From Myxococcota bacterium (GTDB taxonomy: Bacteria > Myxococcota_A > UBA796 > UBA2385): a DNA stretch of 64,000 nucleotides. Location of the stretch: assembly GCA_044344255.1 (NCBI GenBank), contig JBIJDH010000011.1:128001-192000 (forward strand). Reading direction: 5' to 3'. Below are positions 20,501-28,700 of the stretch, one piece after another (the stretch's first letter is position 1; every line of letters begins with the position of its first letter). The notes under the pieces were generated by a model. It saw only the letters and a program-made list of their open reading frames with translations, had not been told where the DNA came from and did no database searches. The position numbers and the translations under genes were made by a program.

Positions 20501-21062
20501 CGGCTCCGGCGACCTGCTCGGCGAGTCGCAGCACGGCCACATCGAGGCCGTGGGGCTCGACGTCTACATCGAGCTCCTCGAGGAGGCGATCGCGGTGGCG
20601 CGAGGCCAGATCAAGCGCGCCCGCCTCGACCCCGAGATCGACGTATCCGTCCCACAGCTCATCCCCGAGCGCTGGATCGAGGAGGTGGGCGACCGGCTGA
20701 CCGAGTATCGCCGCCTCGCCGCCTGCAAGACCGTCTCCGCCGTCCGCGACCTCATCGACACCTGGGAGGACCAGCACGGCAAGGCGCCCCCCGAGGTGCT
20801 CAACCTCGGCTGGGCCGCCGAGGCCCGCCTGCGCGCTCGCGAGCTCGGCATCGAGCGCGTGGCCTGGCTGAAGGTCAAGGTGGTCCTCGACTTCCACGAG
20901 AGCACGCAGGTGCCGCCCGCGCTCATCACCAAGCTCGTCAGCGAGGAGAAGGCCCGCTTCGCCCTCGGTGGGCCCCGCAAGGTGGAGGTCCGGTTCACGA
21001 AGGAGGAGGCGGAGTACCCCTTCCGCTTCCTGCACTGGGTCTTTCGGCGCTTCGAGGCGTGA
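17595..21062 (+). CDS. mfd: Transcription-repair coupling factor
   Basis: UvrB-homology N-terminus, RID (VVHSRHGVG), GDVGFGKTEVA, DEEHRFG, SATPIPR, QLRGRVGR, DLELRG; exact start uncertain. Confidence 0.95.
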   Translation: MTLSAFLQGLAAGGRRASGLSGGAPAWAVAELARAPERRPMLVVVPGRDEAEAFARDLRFHLGAVAEVLLLPADDVRVWDGLSPHPDLPRARVAALDRLARRDPVVVVAPARALLARVLPPASLTRLRARLTVGAVLPPRDLVRALVDRGYLVTHGVDDPGCVSLRGGVLDLWPSHRVAGHDGPLRLEYFDDEIESLHKLDPRSRKGKGPLREVELLPAREAVVDAAALLRAAEVTARAVDAIGAGQGTRRRVLEDLKEGLWFPGAEDYLCALHPVIPLLDWPRVETVVVEPGRVEAELQRAEQLSNTRWAAIPAAQRPVVLPADRFVPADDVMRALAGAIEVGELLVGEAEAPHYGARDNTLLRVGKGDLAPTASRIAGWLEEGWQVALACDTEARAERVLALVHPHGLHPFPSPVGRLRPPGELALWVGPLGQGFHAAASRLAVVTADELFGAKEKAKGPKRSVKDAALGTLAELKADDLVVHSRHGVGRFIGLKRVRTELKGESPRHDKVIEQDYAELSFRGNDRLFLPVTRLDEITKYRATGETEPALDKLGGITWAARKSKARERIAALAHELLSVHALRSVGDGHAYDGDLPALYRQLEETFPFEETPDQAAAIIDVLDDLAKPEPMDRLIVGDVGFGKTEVALRAAMRVLLEGRQVAVLCPTTVLAFQHHETFRERLSGFGLRVELLSGFRSAALSKTVLTDLAEGKVDVLVGTQALLGRQVRWKRLGLVVVDEEHRFGVKQKERLKKTVAAWATTPPEYLAMSATPIPRSLHMAMSGLRDVSMITTPPQGRKPVLTRILVWNDERIREEITHELHRGGQVFFVHNRVETLGSVSRRLQEIVPEAKIGVGHGQMADGALEAVLVDFIRRQTNVLLCTTIIESGIDMPNVNTILVNDAHELGLAQLHQLRGRVGRGPVRGYCTLLVPEEAGISAKAVRRLRALQDYSELGSGMAIASADLELRGSGDLLGESQHGHIEAVGLDVYIELLEEAIAVARGQIKRARLDPEIDVSVPQLIPERWIEEVGDRLTEYRRLAACKTVSAVRDLIDTWEDQHGKAPPEVLNLGWAAEARLRARELGIERVAWLKVKVVLDFHESTQVPPALITKLVSEEKARFALGGPRKVEVRFTKEEAEYPFRFLHWVFRRFEA

Positions 21063-21104
21063 ACATCGACGAGGCCTGAACCCCGTCGGGGCCGGGGCTC
21101 CTCC

Positions 21105-22124
21105 TCAGCGGGGGGCGGCACCCACGGCCACGAAGGTCGGGATGACGTCGGCGGGATCTTCGTCGACGCAGGCGCTCCCCGATAGGGTCGCGATGGGAGC
21201 GTAGAGGCCGCCCGTGGCGACGGTGACCCCGACCACTCGTGCGGTCCCCCAGGGGGTGGCCCCACCTTCGTTACAAGGGATCGCGCCATCTACGAGCCCC
21301 GGACCGATGGCGGACCAGCGGACATCTCCGAAGGAGGAGAGGAGGTCAACATAGAGCGCGGCGCTATCATCGCCCATGCTGAGGCGCCGAGAGCTGTCTC
21401 CCTCGTCGGACAGAGAGAGCACGAGGTGCACGCCGCCCTCCGCGAGCAGGCCCGCGTTCGAGCCGGCGTCGGCCTCGGAGAGGGGGGAGGCCGGGTCGAG
21501 GCAGTCCACCGACAAGGTGGAGCCGGCCCTGCAGAGCGCGAGGAGTCCAGCCTCGAGGGGCTCCTCCGATCCCGACCCCGAGTGGTCTTGCCAGGCGTCG
21601 ATCCCGCAGAGGCAGTCGAGGTACTCCACGCTGATCCGCCCATCCGGATCATCCCCACAGGCGTAGCCCGGGTCCCGAGGGAGGGCCGAGCTCGACCAGG
21701 CGGTGCCGAGGCAGAAGAGCTGGCCGCGCAGCGCCTCCGCCGGACCGGGATCGGAAGGCCGCACCAGGCCTCCGAGCAGGCTCCCCGCCTCCCCAGGGTC
21801 CACCTCCACGGTGCTGCCGACCGAGGGGTCGACGGAGCTGGTGGTGATCCCCACCGCCCAGTCGGAGCTGGCGAGTGAGAGCGCCTCCACCAGCGCCTCC
21901 ATCGAGAAGCCGAGCGCAGCGTTCTGGTCTTCCATCGACGAAGAGGCGTCGGCGACGATGAGCACCCGGTAGACCGCCTCAGAGCCGCCGCCATCGCTCC
22001 CCGCACCCTCCTCGTCCGCCAATCCAGCGCTGTCGCCGCTCCCTTCACCCTTGCCTCCTCCGCACGCGGGGAGCAGCAGCAGGAGGAGCAGGCCGAGGGG
22101 TAGGCGGGTGGAACGCAAGGTCAT
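21105..22124 (-). CDS. Lipoprotein with vWA-like domain (CglB-like)
   Basis: Lipobox LPAC; MIDAS-like VADASSSM; GITTSS; LSDEGDSS. Confidence 0.65.
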   Translation of the reverse strand: MTLRSTRLPLGLLLLLLLPACGGGKGEGSGDSAGLADEEGAGSDGGGSEAVYRVLIVADASSSMEDQNAALGFSMEALVEALSLASSDWAVGITTSSVDPSVGSTVEVDPGEAGSLLGGLVRPSDPGPAEALRGQLFCLGTAWSSSALPRDPGYACGDDPDGRISVEYLDCLCGIDAWQDHSGSGSEEPLEAGLLALCRAGSTLSVDCLDPASPLSEADAGSNAGLLAEGGVHLVLSLSDEGDSSRRLSMGDDSAALYVDLLSSFGDVRWSAIGPGLVDGAIPCNEGGATPWGTARVVGVTVATGGLYAPIATLSGSACVDEDPADVIPTFVAVGAAPR

Positions 22125-22420
22125 GGTCCTCCGGGAGCAGTGACGATCCTACCGCACTTCCCTCCTCGAAGCGCCCGGCCAGCCAAGTGGGGTCGCGGCC
22201 CGCCCGCACCGCCCGCCCTCGCGCGGAGCGCCTGCTCGAGCACCCTCTTGAACCCGAGGCTCGGTGCCTCGCCGAAAACCTCATCTGCGACCACACCGAC
22301 ATCACCGGGGTGCGCAGAACGCTCGCGGGGACGGAGGCCAGCCTACCCCTCCAGACCCAACGAGCCAGTCCCGACTTCGATGCCTACGGGCACTCCCATC
22401 TGGAACTCGAGCTCGTCCTG

Positions 22421-23431
22421 TCAGTGATCAGACCCCTGGTCCTTCGCGGGCGGGGCCTCATTGCCTGCTGTCTTCACCTGAACCGGCCACGGCGTTTGGC
22501 TGGCCCCTTTGACTCTCCAGCTCGACCAGCCCTCAGCCTCCGTTCCAACGGGCCCCGTCGCACTCCCCAGCCGGCCATAGTCAGTCATCTCAACGAACCA
22601 GGTTCGATACCGGGTCGTCGGCTCCACCCTATCGTAGTACCAAGGGCATCGGGTCTCAGACCTCGGCGAGCTCCCCGTAACGAAAAGTCGAACACCAAAT
22701 GGTTCCCATTCCGTCGTGCCCGACCTTTGCTGTTCAACAAGCATCAACCCGGACCGCTGCTCACTTGTCACTCGCCCGGTGATGCCACCCTCGCAAGACA
22801 TGGAAGGAAGCAGATGTCCAGCCACGCCAGCGTGAATCACACAACCCGCGGGAAGGTCGGCAGGCGCCGATGTCTCACTCGGAGGCTCAGCGCTTCGGGT
22901 CTCATACACTACTGTCTGACTGACCAAAAGATTGTTCATTACTGAGACCGCATGTACTCCATGCGAGTCAAGTCGACTCACCGAGGCCGGACTCGCCTGT
23001 ACCACGTACCTGCCGCGCAATCTATCAACGTCAGCCGGACTCGGTCGTAGAAATGCGACCGCCGGTGCCCCGCTGGAGTCGAACGCGTAATAGAAGTCAA
23101 CCAACAGGCGGATTTCTTGCGCTGCTCCATCCGGATGAACCCGATCTGTTCTCTCCGACGCCGTTTGGGCGGTAGCGGACCCTGGTGAGGTCACACCATC
23201 CGATGGCACAAGAACAAATGAAAGGTCCGAAACAGCGAAACCAGTGCCTGGAGGGACGAAGAATTCCACCCAAAACCCACCCGAAGGAAAGGGATCCGAC
23301 AGTCGAATGCCCATCGGCATCGAGTAGCCAGCTTGACAGGGGTCGCGATAGGGACCACCTTGGGCCCTCGGAGCAAAGCTACACAGCAAACCACATGATA
23401 TTGCGACAATGAGGCCCTTCGTATTACACAT
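22421..23431 (-). CDS. Hypothetical exported protein, lower GC (possible immunity/partner)
   Basis: ATG 23431 overlaps the upstream TAA; signal-like MCNTKGLIVAISCGLLCSFA; visibly more AT-rich than the flanks. Confidence 0.55.
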   Translation of the reverse strand: MCNTKGLIVAISCGLLCSFAPRAQGGPYRDPCQAGYSMPMGIRLSDPFPSGGFWVEFFVPPGTGFAVSDLSFVLVPSDGVTSPGSATAQTASERTDRVHPDGAAQEIRLLVDFYYAFDSSGAPAVAFLRPSPADVDRLRGRYVVQASPASVSRLDSHGVHAVSVMNNLLVSQTVVYETRSAEPPSETSAPADLPAGCVIHAGVAGHLLPSMSCEGGITGRVTSEQRSGLMLVEQQRSGTTEWEPFGVRLFVTGSSPRSETRCPWYYDRVEPTTRYRTWFVEMTDYGRLGSATGPVGTEAEGWSSWRVKGASQTPWPVQVKTAGNEAPPAKDQGSDH

Positions 23432-24734
23432 AGGCCCTGCAACTCCCGTCAGAAGGCGTCGCCTTGTCCTCATAATACCCAGGAAACAGTGAATTCCCTT
23501 CGGTGCTACACGACTGGTCGTCTGCAGACCACAGTGAGGCATCGCACCTCCCGTATCGTGACACAAGCGGGCTACAGCAGCCACCCGTCCTGCCATAGCG
23601 GACGCCCATTAAGTAGCCGAATCCGGCAGAAACACACTCCGCCAAATTGTTAGCGCACTCAGTGACAGGAAGAATATCTCCATCGCCGTCCGCCGGATGT
23701 TGGTAACCGATCATGTGAATAAGCTCGTGAACCATAATCATTGCGATAGTCAGGGCACCGCAAAATTTGCTCGACTGTTCGTCAGCTTCCGCCGGGTGAC
23801 CAAGAGACCAGAGGGTACATGCAGCGGCAAACTCGAAGGAGTGCGGACAAATATTAATAACCAAATCGTCACGGTCTGTCAGTGCATCGAAGCTCCCGGT
23901 TTCGCACAGTGGGCCAAGTCCAGGCACCGCCTCGTATGTGTTAGAGGGAAGCCGGACAACTACCATTCCGCGAACGAAGCTCAGAAAATTGCGATTCCAG
24001 TCCTCATGACTTGCGCCCGATTGAAGTTGACACATAAATATACAAAACAGCGACTTCATCACGTCTAAGTTGTCCATCAGAATCGCAAACGCGGCCTGCA
24101 CCAACATCGCATGCACGCTGGACGAACTAGATACAGTCGCACCAACATCATCAATCAGCGACAGGGACGAGGTAATTTCAGTGGCCTTAACAATTGTAGT
24201 TGCCCACACCTTGCGTCGCTTCGGAGCACCCATCAGGGCCGGGTTGCAGGCGCCGTCCATTTCAACCGAGCGACAGTCGAAACACTTATCAGAAGTTGAG
24301 TAGTTGACAAGAGGAAGCTCATCGATTCCCGGCATGAAGCCCGGGTCAAAATCAAGTAAGCCGTCACCTGGCGGCGGCAGAAAACGCGACCTTTGTCCTT
24401 GTGTGACCTCCATGTGCACACCCTGAACACGACCATCACGGGGTAAATCCAAAAAGCCAAATTGACCGTGGAACTGAGACAGCCCGCCCATTCCGTAATG
24501 CGACGGGAAGGGCACCAGTTGTGCCACCAACTGCGGGTCCAGCGGCTCCTTCGCGCTGGTGAAGGGCGGCCCCATGATGTCACCCACAGTGCGGGCGGGA
24601 GGCAGACCCGCACGGGCCCGGAGGTCATGCGCCGAGACGGGAGAGCGGCCGGGTCGCCATTGCATTGCCGCGGCTGCCACAACCGCCTCGCGGTAGCTCC
24701 TCATCATGCTCGCCGCCGGGCCCTCTTGGGTCAT
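23424..24734 (-). CDS. Hypothetical protein with C-terminal HExxH (zincin-like) Cys-rich domain
   Basis: 436-aa ORF with IMVHELIHMIG preceded by INICP; GC-rich 5' end and AT-richer remainder. Confidence 0.6.
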   Translation of the reverse strand: MTQEGPAASMMRSYREAVVAAAAMQWRPGRSPVSAHDLRARAGLPPARTVGDIMGPPFTSAKEPLDPQLVAQLVPFPSHYGMGGLSQFHGQFGFLDLPRDGRVQGVHMEVTQGQRSRFLPPPGDGLLDFDPGFMPGIDELPLVNYSTSDKCFDCRSVEMDGACNPALMGAPKRRKVWATTIVKATEITSSLSLIDDVGATVSSSSSVHAMLVQAAFAILMDNLDVMKSLFCIFMCQLQSGASHEDWNRNFLSFVRGMVVVRLPSNTYEAVPGLGPLCETGSFDALTDRDDLVINICPHSFEFAAACTLWSLGHPAEADEQSSKFCGALTIAMIMVHELIHMIGYQHPADGDGDILPVTECANNLAECVSAGFGYLMGVRYGRTGGCCSPLVSRYGRCDASLWSADDQSCSTEGNSLFPGYYEDKATPSDGSCRAYV

Positions 24735-24737
24735 GGC

Positions 24738-25508
24738 TCAGGACCTCCGCACGCCGACAGTGACGGCGACGATTGCCTCTCCGTCGCTGCCGGAGTTGAG
24801 GCTGTGCTCGACGCCGAACTGGACCCACATGGCGGAGCCGAGGCTGGGGGTGAGCTCCCCGGTGGAGTACTCGCCGTCGCCCCCATGCCACAAGCCCTCC
24901 CAGTTCGAGGCCCAGGCGCTCGGCGACTCCTTCACCGCGGTCGCGGTGCGGTAGCTGAGCTGGCAGCGGAAGGTGCCCAGCGTCCCCGTGACGATGAGGG
25001 CGGCCTTCACGAGCTCGGCGAGGATGCAGGGGATCCAGGGCGTCACGGCGACGTAGTGGCTCGTAGTGTTCGGACTCTGAATGGCGAAGGTGCCCCCGCC
25101 CGCCATCTGCCCGCAGGCCACCCACGTGAGCTCCAGGCTCACATCGGCGGCGCCGAGCGCGCTGCCGGAGGAGAGATTGTAGGCCACACCGAAGCGAGCG
25201 AACATCGGAGTGGCGGTGGTGGAGGCCACGTTGAGCACACCCGTGCAGTGGTCCGGCGCGTTTGTATAGCTGGTGTAGCCGGCCTCAAGGAGGGTAGGGG
25301 CGCTCGGGTTGTCGGTGCGGGTGGCCGCGGTCTGCATGACCAATCGGCCTTGAAAGTTGCCGGCGCCAGCCTTCATGCGCATGACGGCGTTGACGAGGTC
25401 AAGGCCGACCGCTGGCATCCAGGGGGTAAACCAAGCGTAGTTCACCGTGGTGGACAGGGTACTGAGATGTTGCTCGGAGGGGCCGGAGCCGGAACCACAA
25501 GAACCCAT
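24738..25508 (-). CDS. Hypothetical beta-rich protein with two-fold internal repeat
   Basis: AGGAG RBS before ATG 25508; strong GC3 bias; two homologous halves. Confidence 0.75.
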   Translation of the reverse strand: MGSCGSGSGPSEQHLSTLSTTVNYAWFTPWMPAVGLDLVNAVMRMKAGAGNFQGRLVMQTAATRTDNPSAPTLLEAGYTSYTNAPDHCTGVLNVASTTATPMFARFGVAYNLSSGSALGAADVSLELTWVACGQMAGGGTFAIQSPNTTSHYVAVTPWIPCILAELVKAALIVTGTLGTFRCQLSYRTATAVKESPSAWASNWEGLWHGGDGEYSTGELTPSLGSAMWVQFGVEHSLNSGSDGEAIVAVTVGVRRS

Positions 25509-25536
25509 GCGGAATCTCCTGCTTTGAGGCGACGAG

Positions 25537-25650
25537 CCCGCAACAGGCGAGCCACCAGCATATAGCGCCGCCGCCGCCGTCGCGCAAGGGGCATGCCAAC
25601 GCAAACCTGATCTCTCCCGCGGGACGCCCCCTCTGCCTCTCCCGTTCCCA
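25537..25650 (-). repeat. Copy A of a ~110-bp duplicated promoter-like leader
   Basis: 28-bp exact match (CCCGCAACAGGCGAGCCACCAGCATATA) to 26567-26594, with continuing similarity. Confidence 0.85.
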
Positions 25651-25686
25651 CCGTTCAGACCTCGCTGTGATGGGGATCTCCGGGGC

Positions 25687-25757
25687 TTTCACCTTTCACC
25701 TTTCACCTTTCACCTTTCACCTTTCACCTTTCACCTTTCACCCTTTCACCTTTCACC
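25687..25757. repeat. Heptamer microsatellite (TTTCACC)x10
   Basis: Ten copies with one extra C after copy 8. Confidence 0.95.
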
Positions 25758-25813
25758 TCAATCTGCTCGAACTCGAGGTAGAAGTCTTGGTGAAGCAGCG
25801 CCTTCCAGGTCAT
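25724..25813 (-). pseudogene. Possible N-terminal remnant of a RelE/ParE (Gp49-like) toxin, ending in the heptamer repeat
   Basis: GAGGGAG RBS then MTWKALLHQDFYLEFEQIE, reading into the repeat to a TGA; resemblance judged by eye. Confidence 0.35.
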
Positions 25814-25854
25814 GTCGGATCACTCCCTCGCTACAAGGAGCTGTGGACGATTAA

Positions 25855-26115
25855 TCAAATAATCCGCTCTCCCACCCGATAAGTGACAATCACCGTCTCT
25901 CCGCTCTCGTTCTGGTATGTGATGATAAATCGGTCGCCATCAATCTCAGCACGACCGTCTTTGAGCACCTGGGGCCGCGATTGAAGGGACCACAGGTAAC
26001 GCTCCGGGAGGGGAGCATCCGGAGCACAGCTCCCGTCTACGGGGGCCTTCCCATCACAACCCTGGAGGAGAGCGACCCCAATGACAAGCGTGGAGACACC
26101 GTAGTTTGCGCTCAC
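25855..26115 (-). CDS. Small hypothetical lipoprotein
   Basis: GGAGG RBS, GTG start overlapping the upstream TGA, lipobox LQGC. Confidence 0.55.
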   Translation of the reverse strand: MSANYGVSTLVIGVALLQGCDGKAPVDGSCAPDAPLPERYLWSLQSRPQVLKDGRAEIDGDRFIITYQNESGETVIVTYRVGERII

Positions 26116-26408
26116 GGTGCTCCTCCCGTGTCGGAGATATCCATGCCCATTAGGTTGAACTGAACTGAATCGGTCCGAGCGCTGCTCAGGTAGCCGTTGT
26201 CTAAATTCAACCCATCGTTTCCCGCCCAAAAGCCGAGATTCGCTATACCATCCCACAACACAGCGTCTTCGGATGGGTCGCCCGACTCGGTGGTGACCGA
26301 TTCAAGCGTCATACTCCATGTTTGTTGAGCACACAATTGTTCGTTGCCCACTGCGTCGCCGTTGAAGGCGAGCGCACAAAAGAGAAAGCAGAGGTGCATC
26401 AATTTCAT
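26112..26408 (-). CDS. Small hypothetical exported protein
   Basis: MKLMHLCFLFCALA signal-like start; coupled to the downstream lipoprotein; lower GC. Confidence 0.5.
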   Translation of the reverse strand: MKLMHLCFLFCALAFNGDAVGNEQLCAQQTWSMTLESVTTESGDPSEDAVLWDGIANLGFWAGNDGLNLDNGYLSSARTDSVQFNLMGMDISDTGGAP

Positions 26409-26566
26409 GTCAAAGTGAACCCTCGTCAGCCATGATTGATCACTCCGCGACCCATGACCCGCTCCCGCCTGCGAAGACGGCGGGAAGGATGAGGACCCCG
26501 AGCAACGTGCGGACGTGACCATGGAAAGGGGTACGAAACGGCACGTCACCCCCTTGATGCCCACTT

Positions 26567-26672
26567 CCCGCAACAGGCGAGCCACCAGCATATAACGCCT
26601 CCGCCGCCGTGCAAGAGGCAGGCCGACGGGGACCCGATCTCTCCCCTGCGCGCCTCCTCCCTCCGGTTCCGC
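26567..26672 (-). repeat. Copy B of the ~110-bp promoter-like leader
   Basis: Matches 25537-25650; minus strand has TTGCAC-N16-TATGCT. Confidence 0.85.
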
Positions 26673-26674
26673 CC

Positions 26675-26973
26675 CTACAAGGGGCTCCAAGCCCACCGTC
26701 CTCCCCACCGACCAGCCCTCGCGGCTCTCCGGGCTCACCTCATCGCCGGTGGTCTCCCGGATGGGCCAGTCGAGGAGGTTGGTCACCTTGAGGCGGAGGC
26801 TCCAGTGCTCGCCGAAGCCCTGAGGGCCGACGAGGTCGAGGCGGTGCACGGGCTCCTCGTCGGGATCAAGGAGGATCCAGGGGAGGTCCCACGCTGGAGC
26901 TCGAGGCCGGGCTCACCGGTACGCTCGGTGGCCCGGTCGCCCTCATCGATGTTCCAGCCATTCGAATCGACAA
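26675..26973 (-). pseudogene. Decayed copy 1 of the TonB-dependent receptor gene (3' end plus one internal piece)
   Basis: 26675-26860 aligns to 37211-37395 (frameshifted, TAG for TGA); 26892-26973 aligns to 38847-38929 (NGWNIDEG). Confidence 0.9.
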
Positions 26974-26976
26974 CGT

Positions 26977-27060
26977 CACTCGCCTCGATCGCCGCCCGGT
27001 CCTGAGCGGGTCTCCCCGCAGCCGGCCGGGACCACAAGCACGGGGGGCGGCTCCTTTGCA
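26977..27060. repeat. Copy 1 of a ~85-bp hairpin-forming element
   Basis: Matches 31944-32028; core GCCCGGTCCTGAGCGGGTCT(C/T)CCCGCAGCCGGCCGGGA. Confidence 0.85.
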
Positions 27061-27325
27061 CGTAAGCTCCGCCAGAACCCCGGCCGAAGGCGTCGTCTCC
27101 AGAGAATGGGTCGTCTCCACCACAGTGGAGGTGCGCGTGAAGGGGTCGAGCCGGTTGGCAGAGAGGCGGTGGAGGGCGGTGGACGCGGCACAGGTCCTCG
27201 AGGACCTGGAGCGCAGCTTCGCGACCCCGCTCGGGGAGAGCCGGGCGCGGGGGCTCCTGCACGCCGTAGAGGGTCCGGGGAGGTGGACCTCACACCGCGC
27301 GCGGCTGGTTCAACCGGCTTGCTCG

Positions 27326-27443
27326 CTCCCCCCTCGAGAGGGAAGGCTGGGGTGGGGGGAGACCAATGGCCACACCGTGCCTGGAGCGCAGTACCAGCGA
27401 CGACCCGATCCCCCCACCCTGTCCCTCCCCCGCAAGGGGGGAG
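27326..27443. repeat. REP/BIME-like inverted repeat (35-bp arms, 48-bp spacer)
   Basis: 27326-27360 is the imperfect reverse complement of 27409-27443; each arm has an internal hairpin. Confidence 0.75.
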
Positions 27444-27906
27444 GGGACCAATAATCAGCCGTAGTCGGAACTATTCGCCGGTCAGACTGCAGCTCGACTT
27501 GTTGCACCGGGGGCTGCTGGATGCCCAGGCCGTGCGCCTTCTGCTCCTGAGCGCGCTCTGCCAGGCGTCGAAGGGCGCGCAGGCCCTCGACCTCATCCCG
27601 GAGGGCGGCGGCCTTTGCCGTGCCACGGGCCTGGCGCTCGGGCGAGGCTGCAGGCGACCAACTTGTAGCGCCCCTCCATCTCCTTCGCGACGCGGGAAGC
27701 TCCGTGGACTCTCCAATGCCCTCGTGGCCGCTCACTTGGGCGTCCAGGCCGGCCCCATCCTGGCCTGGGCCCACGACGTCGAGCCGCATCCTGCCTCCGC
27801 GCAGGTACCACAATCGGGCTCACCCACAATCTGGCCACACCTGCCCTTGTCCTTACACGCCGCGCGCCTACCGTTGCGCGCGAAGCCCTCACCGAGAGTC
27901 TGCCCC

Positions 27907-28422
27907 GTGCTCTACGACGCGACCAACACCCAGTTTTCCAAGATGCTCGCCAACCTGTCGGCGCTGTTCGACAAGGCCATCGCCAACGCCCAGGCCCGCA
28001 AGTACGACCCCGAGCTGCTGCTCCAGGCCCGCCTGTCGCCCGACCAGTTCGCGCTCACCCGCCAGGTGCTGATCGCCTGTGACACAGCGAAGCTCGGCGC
28101 CTCGCGCCTCACCGGCAAGCCCGCGCCGTCGCACGCCGACACCGAGTCCACCATCGCCGAGCTGCGCGCCCGCATCGCGGAGACCATCGCCTACCTCGCG
28201 ACGTTCACCGCCGAAGATCTGGTCGGCGCCGAAGACCGTGTGATCTCGCAGCCCCGCTGGGAAGGCAAGACGCTCACCGGCGCCCAGTTCGCGCAGCAGC
28301 ACATGATCCCCAACTTCTACTTCCACGTCTCCATGGCGTACGCGATCCTGCGCCACAACGGCGTCGACGTGGGCAAGCGCGACTACCTGGGCAACATGCC
28401 CTTCAAGGCCCCCGCGACCTGA
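27907..28422 (+). CDS. DUF1993 family (DinB-like) protein
   Basis: LLQARLSPDQFAL..QV..ACD.AK and PNFYFHVSMAYAILRHNGVDVGKRDYLG. Confidence 0.9.
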   Translation: MLYDATNTQFSKMLANLSALFDKAIANAQARKYDPELLLQARLSPDQFALTRQVLIACDTAKLGASRLTGKPAPSHADTESTIAELRARIAETIAYLATFTAEDLVGAEDRVISQPRWEGKTLTGAQFAQQHMIPNFYFHVSMAYAILRHNGVDVGKRDYLGNMPFKAPAT

Positions 28423-28633
28423 CGAGGCGCGGGACATCCGCCCGCCTCTCGGAGGCCCGCCAGACGCTCCTGCCCCACCAGGAGGAGACCCTCGACGAGA
28501 TGGGCCTCGGGGTCGCCGGAGTCGTGTGGTGACCGATGCGCGCGCACCGTCGTCGGGGAGAGCGCTCACCCCACGGACCGGCGGCGCTCATCCAAAGGGA
28601 TGCTTGGACCGTGGCCGCGCGCTCAGCCAATGG

Positions 28634-28649
28634 TGGCACACGGCTTGCA
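28634..28649 (+). promoter_or_regulatory. Sigma54 (-24/-12) promoter
   Basis: TGGCAC-ACGGC-TTGCA matches the TGGCAC-N5-TTGC(A/T) consensus exactly, 52 bp upstream of a small ORF. Confidence 0.8.
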
Positions 28650-28700
28650 AATGCTCCAAGCACGCCACCCCGGCGGCCCCCAACGACCTCGGAGCCTCCC

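Noticed and set aside
22140..22420. Coding fragment at the left island boundary
   Set aside because: No credible start, RBS or recognisable motif; no att-like direct repeat found.
22421..26430. Integron cassette array
   Set aside because: Genes are co-oriented and AT-richer, but I could not find attC-like RYYYAAC...GTTRRRY boundaries or an integron integrase.
26977..27060. SRP RNA or a known riboswitch
   Set aside because: TCAGGACCGG resembles part of the SRP core, but the GGAAGGAAGCAGC continuation is absent; no cobalamin, TPP or c-di-GMP consensus was recognised.
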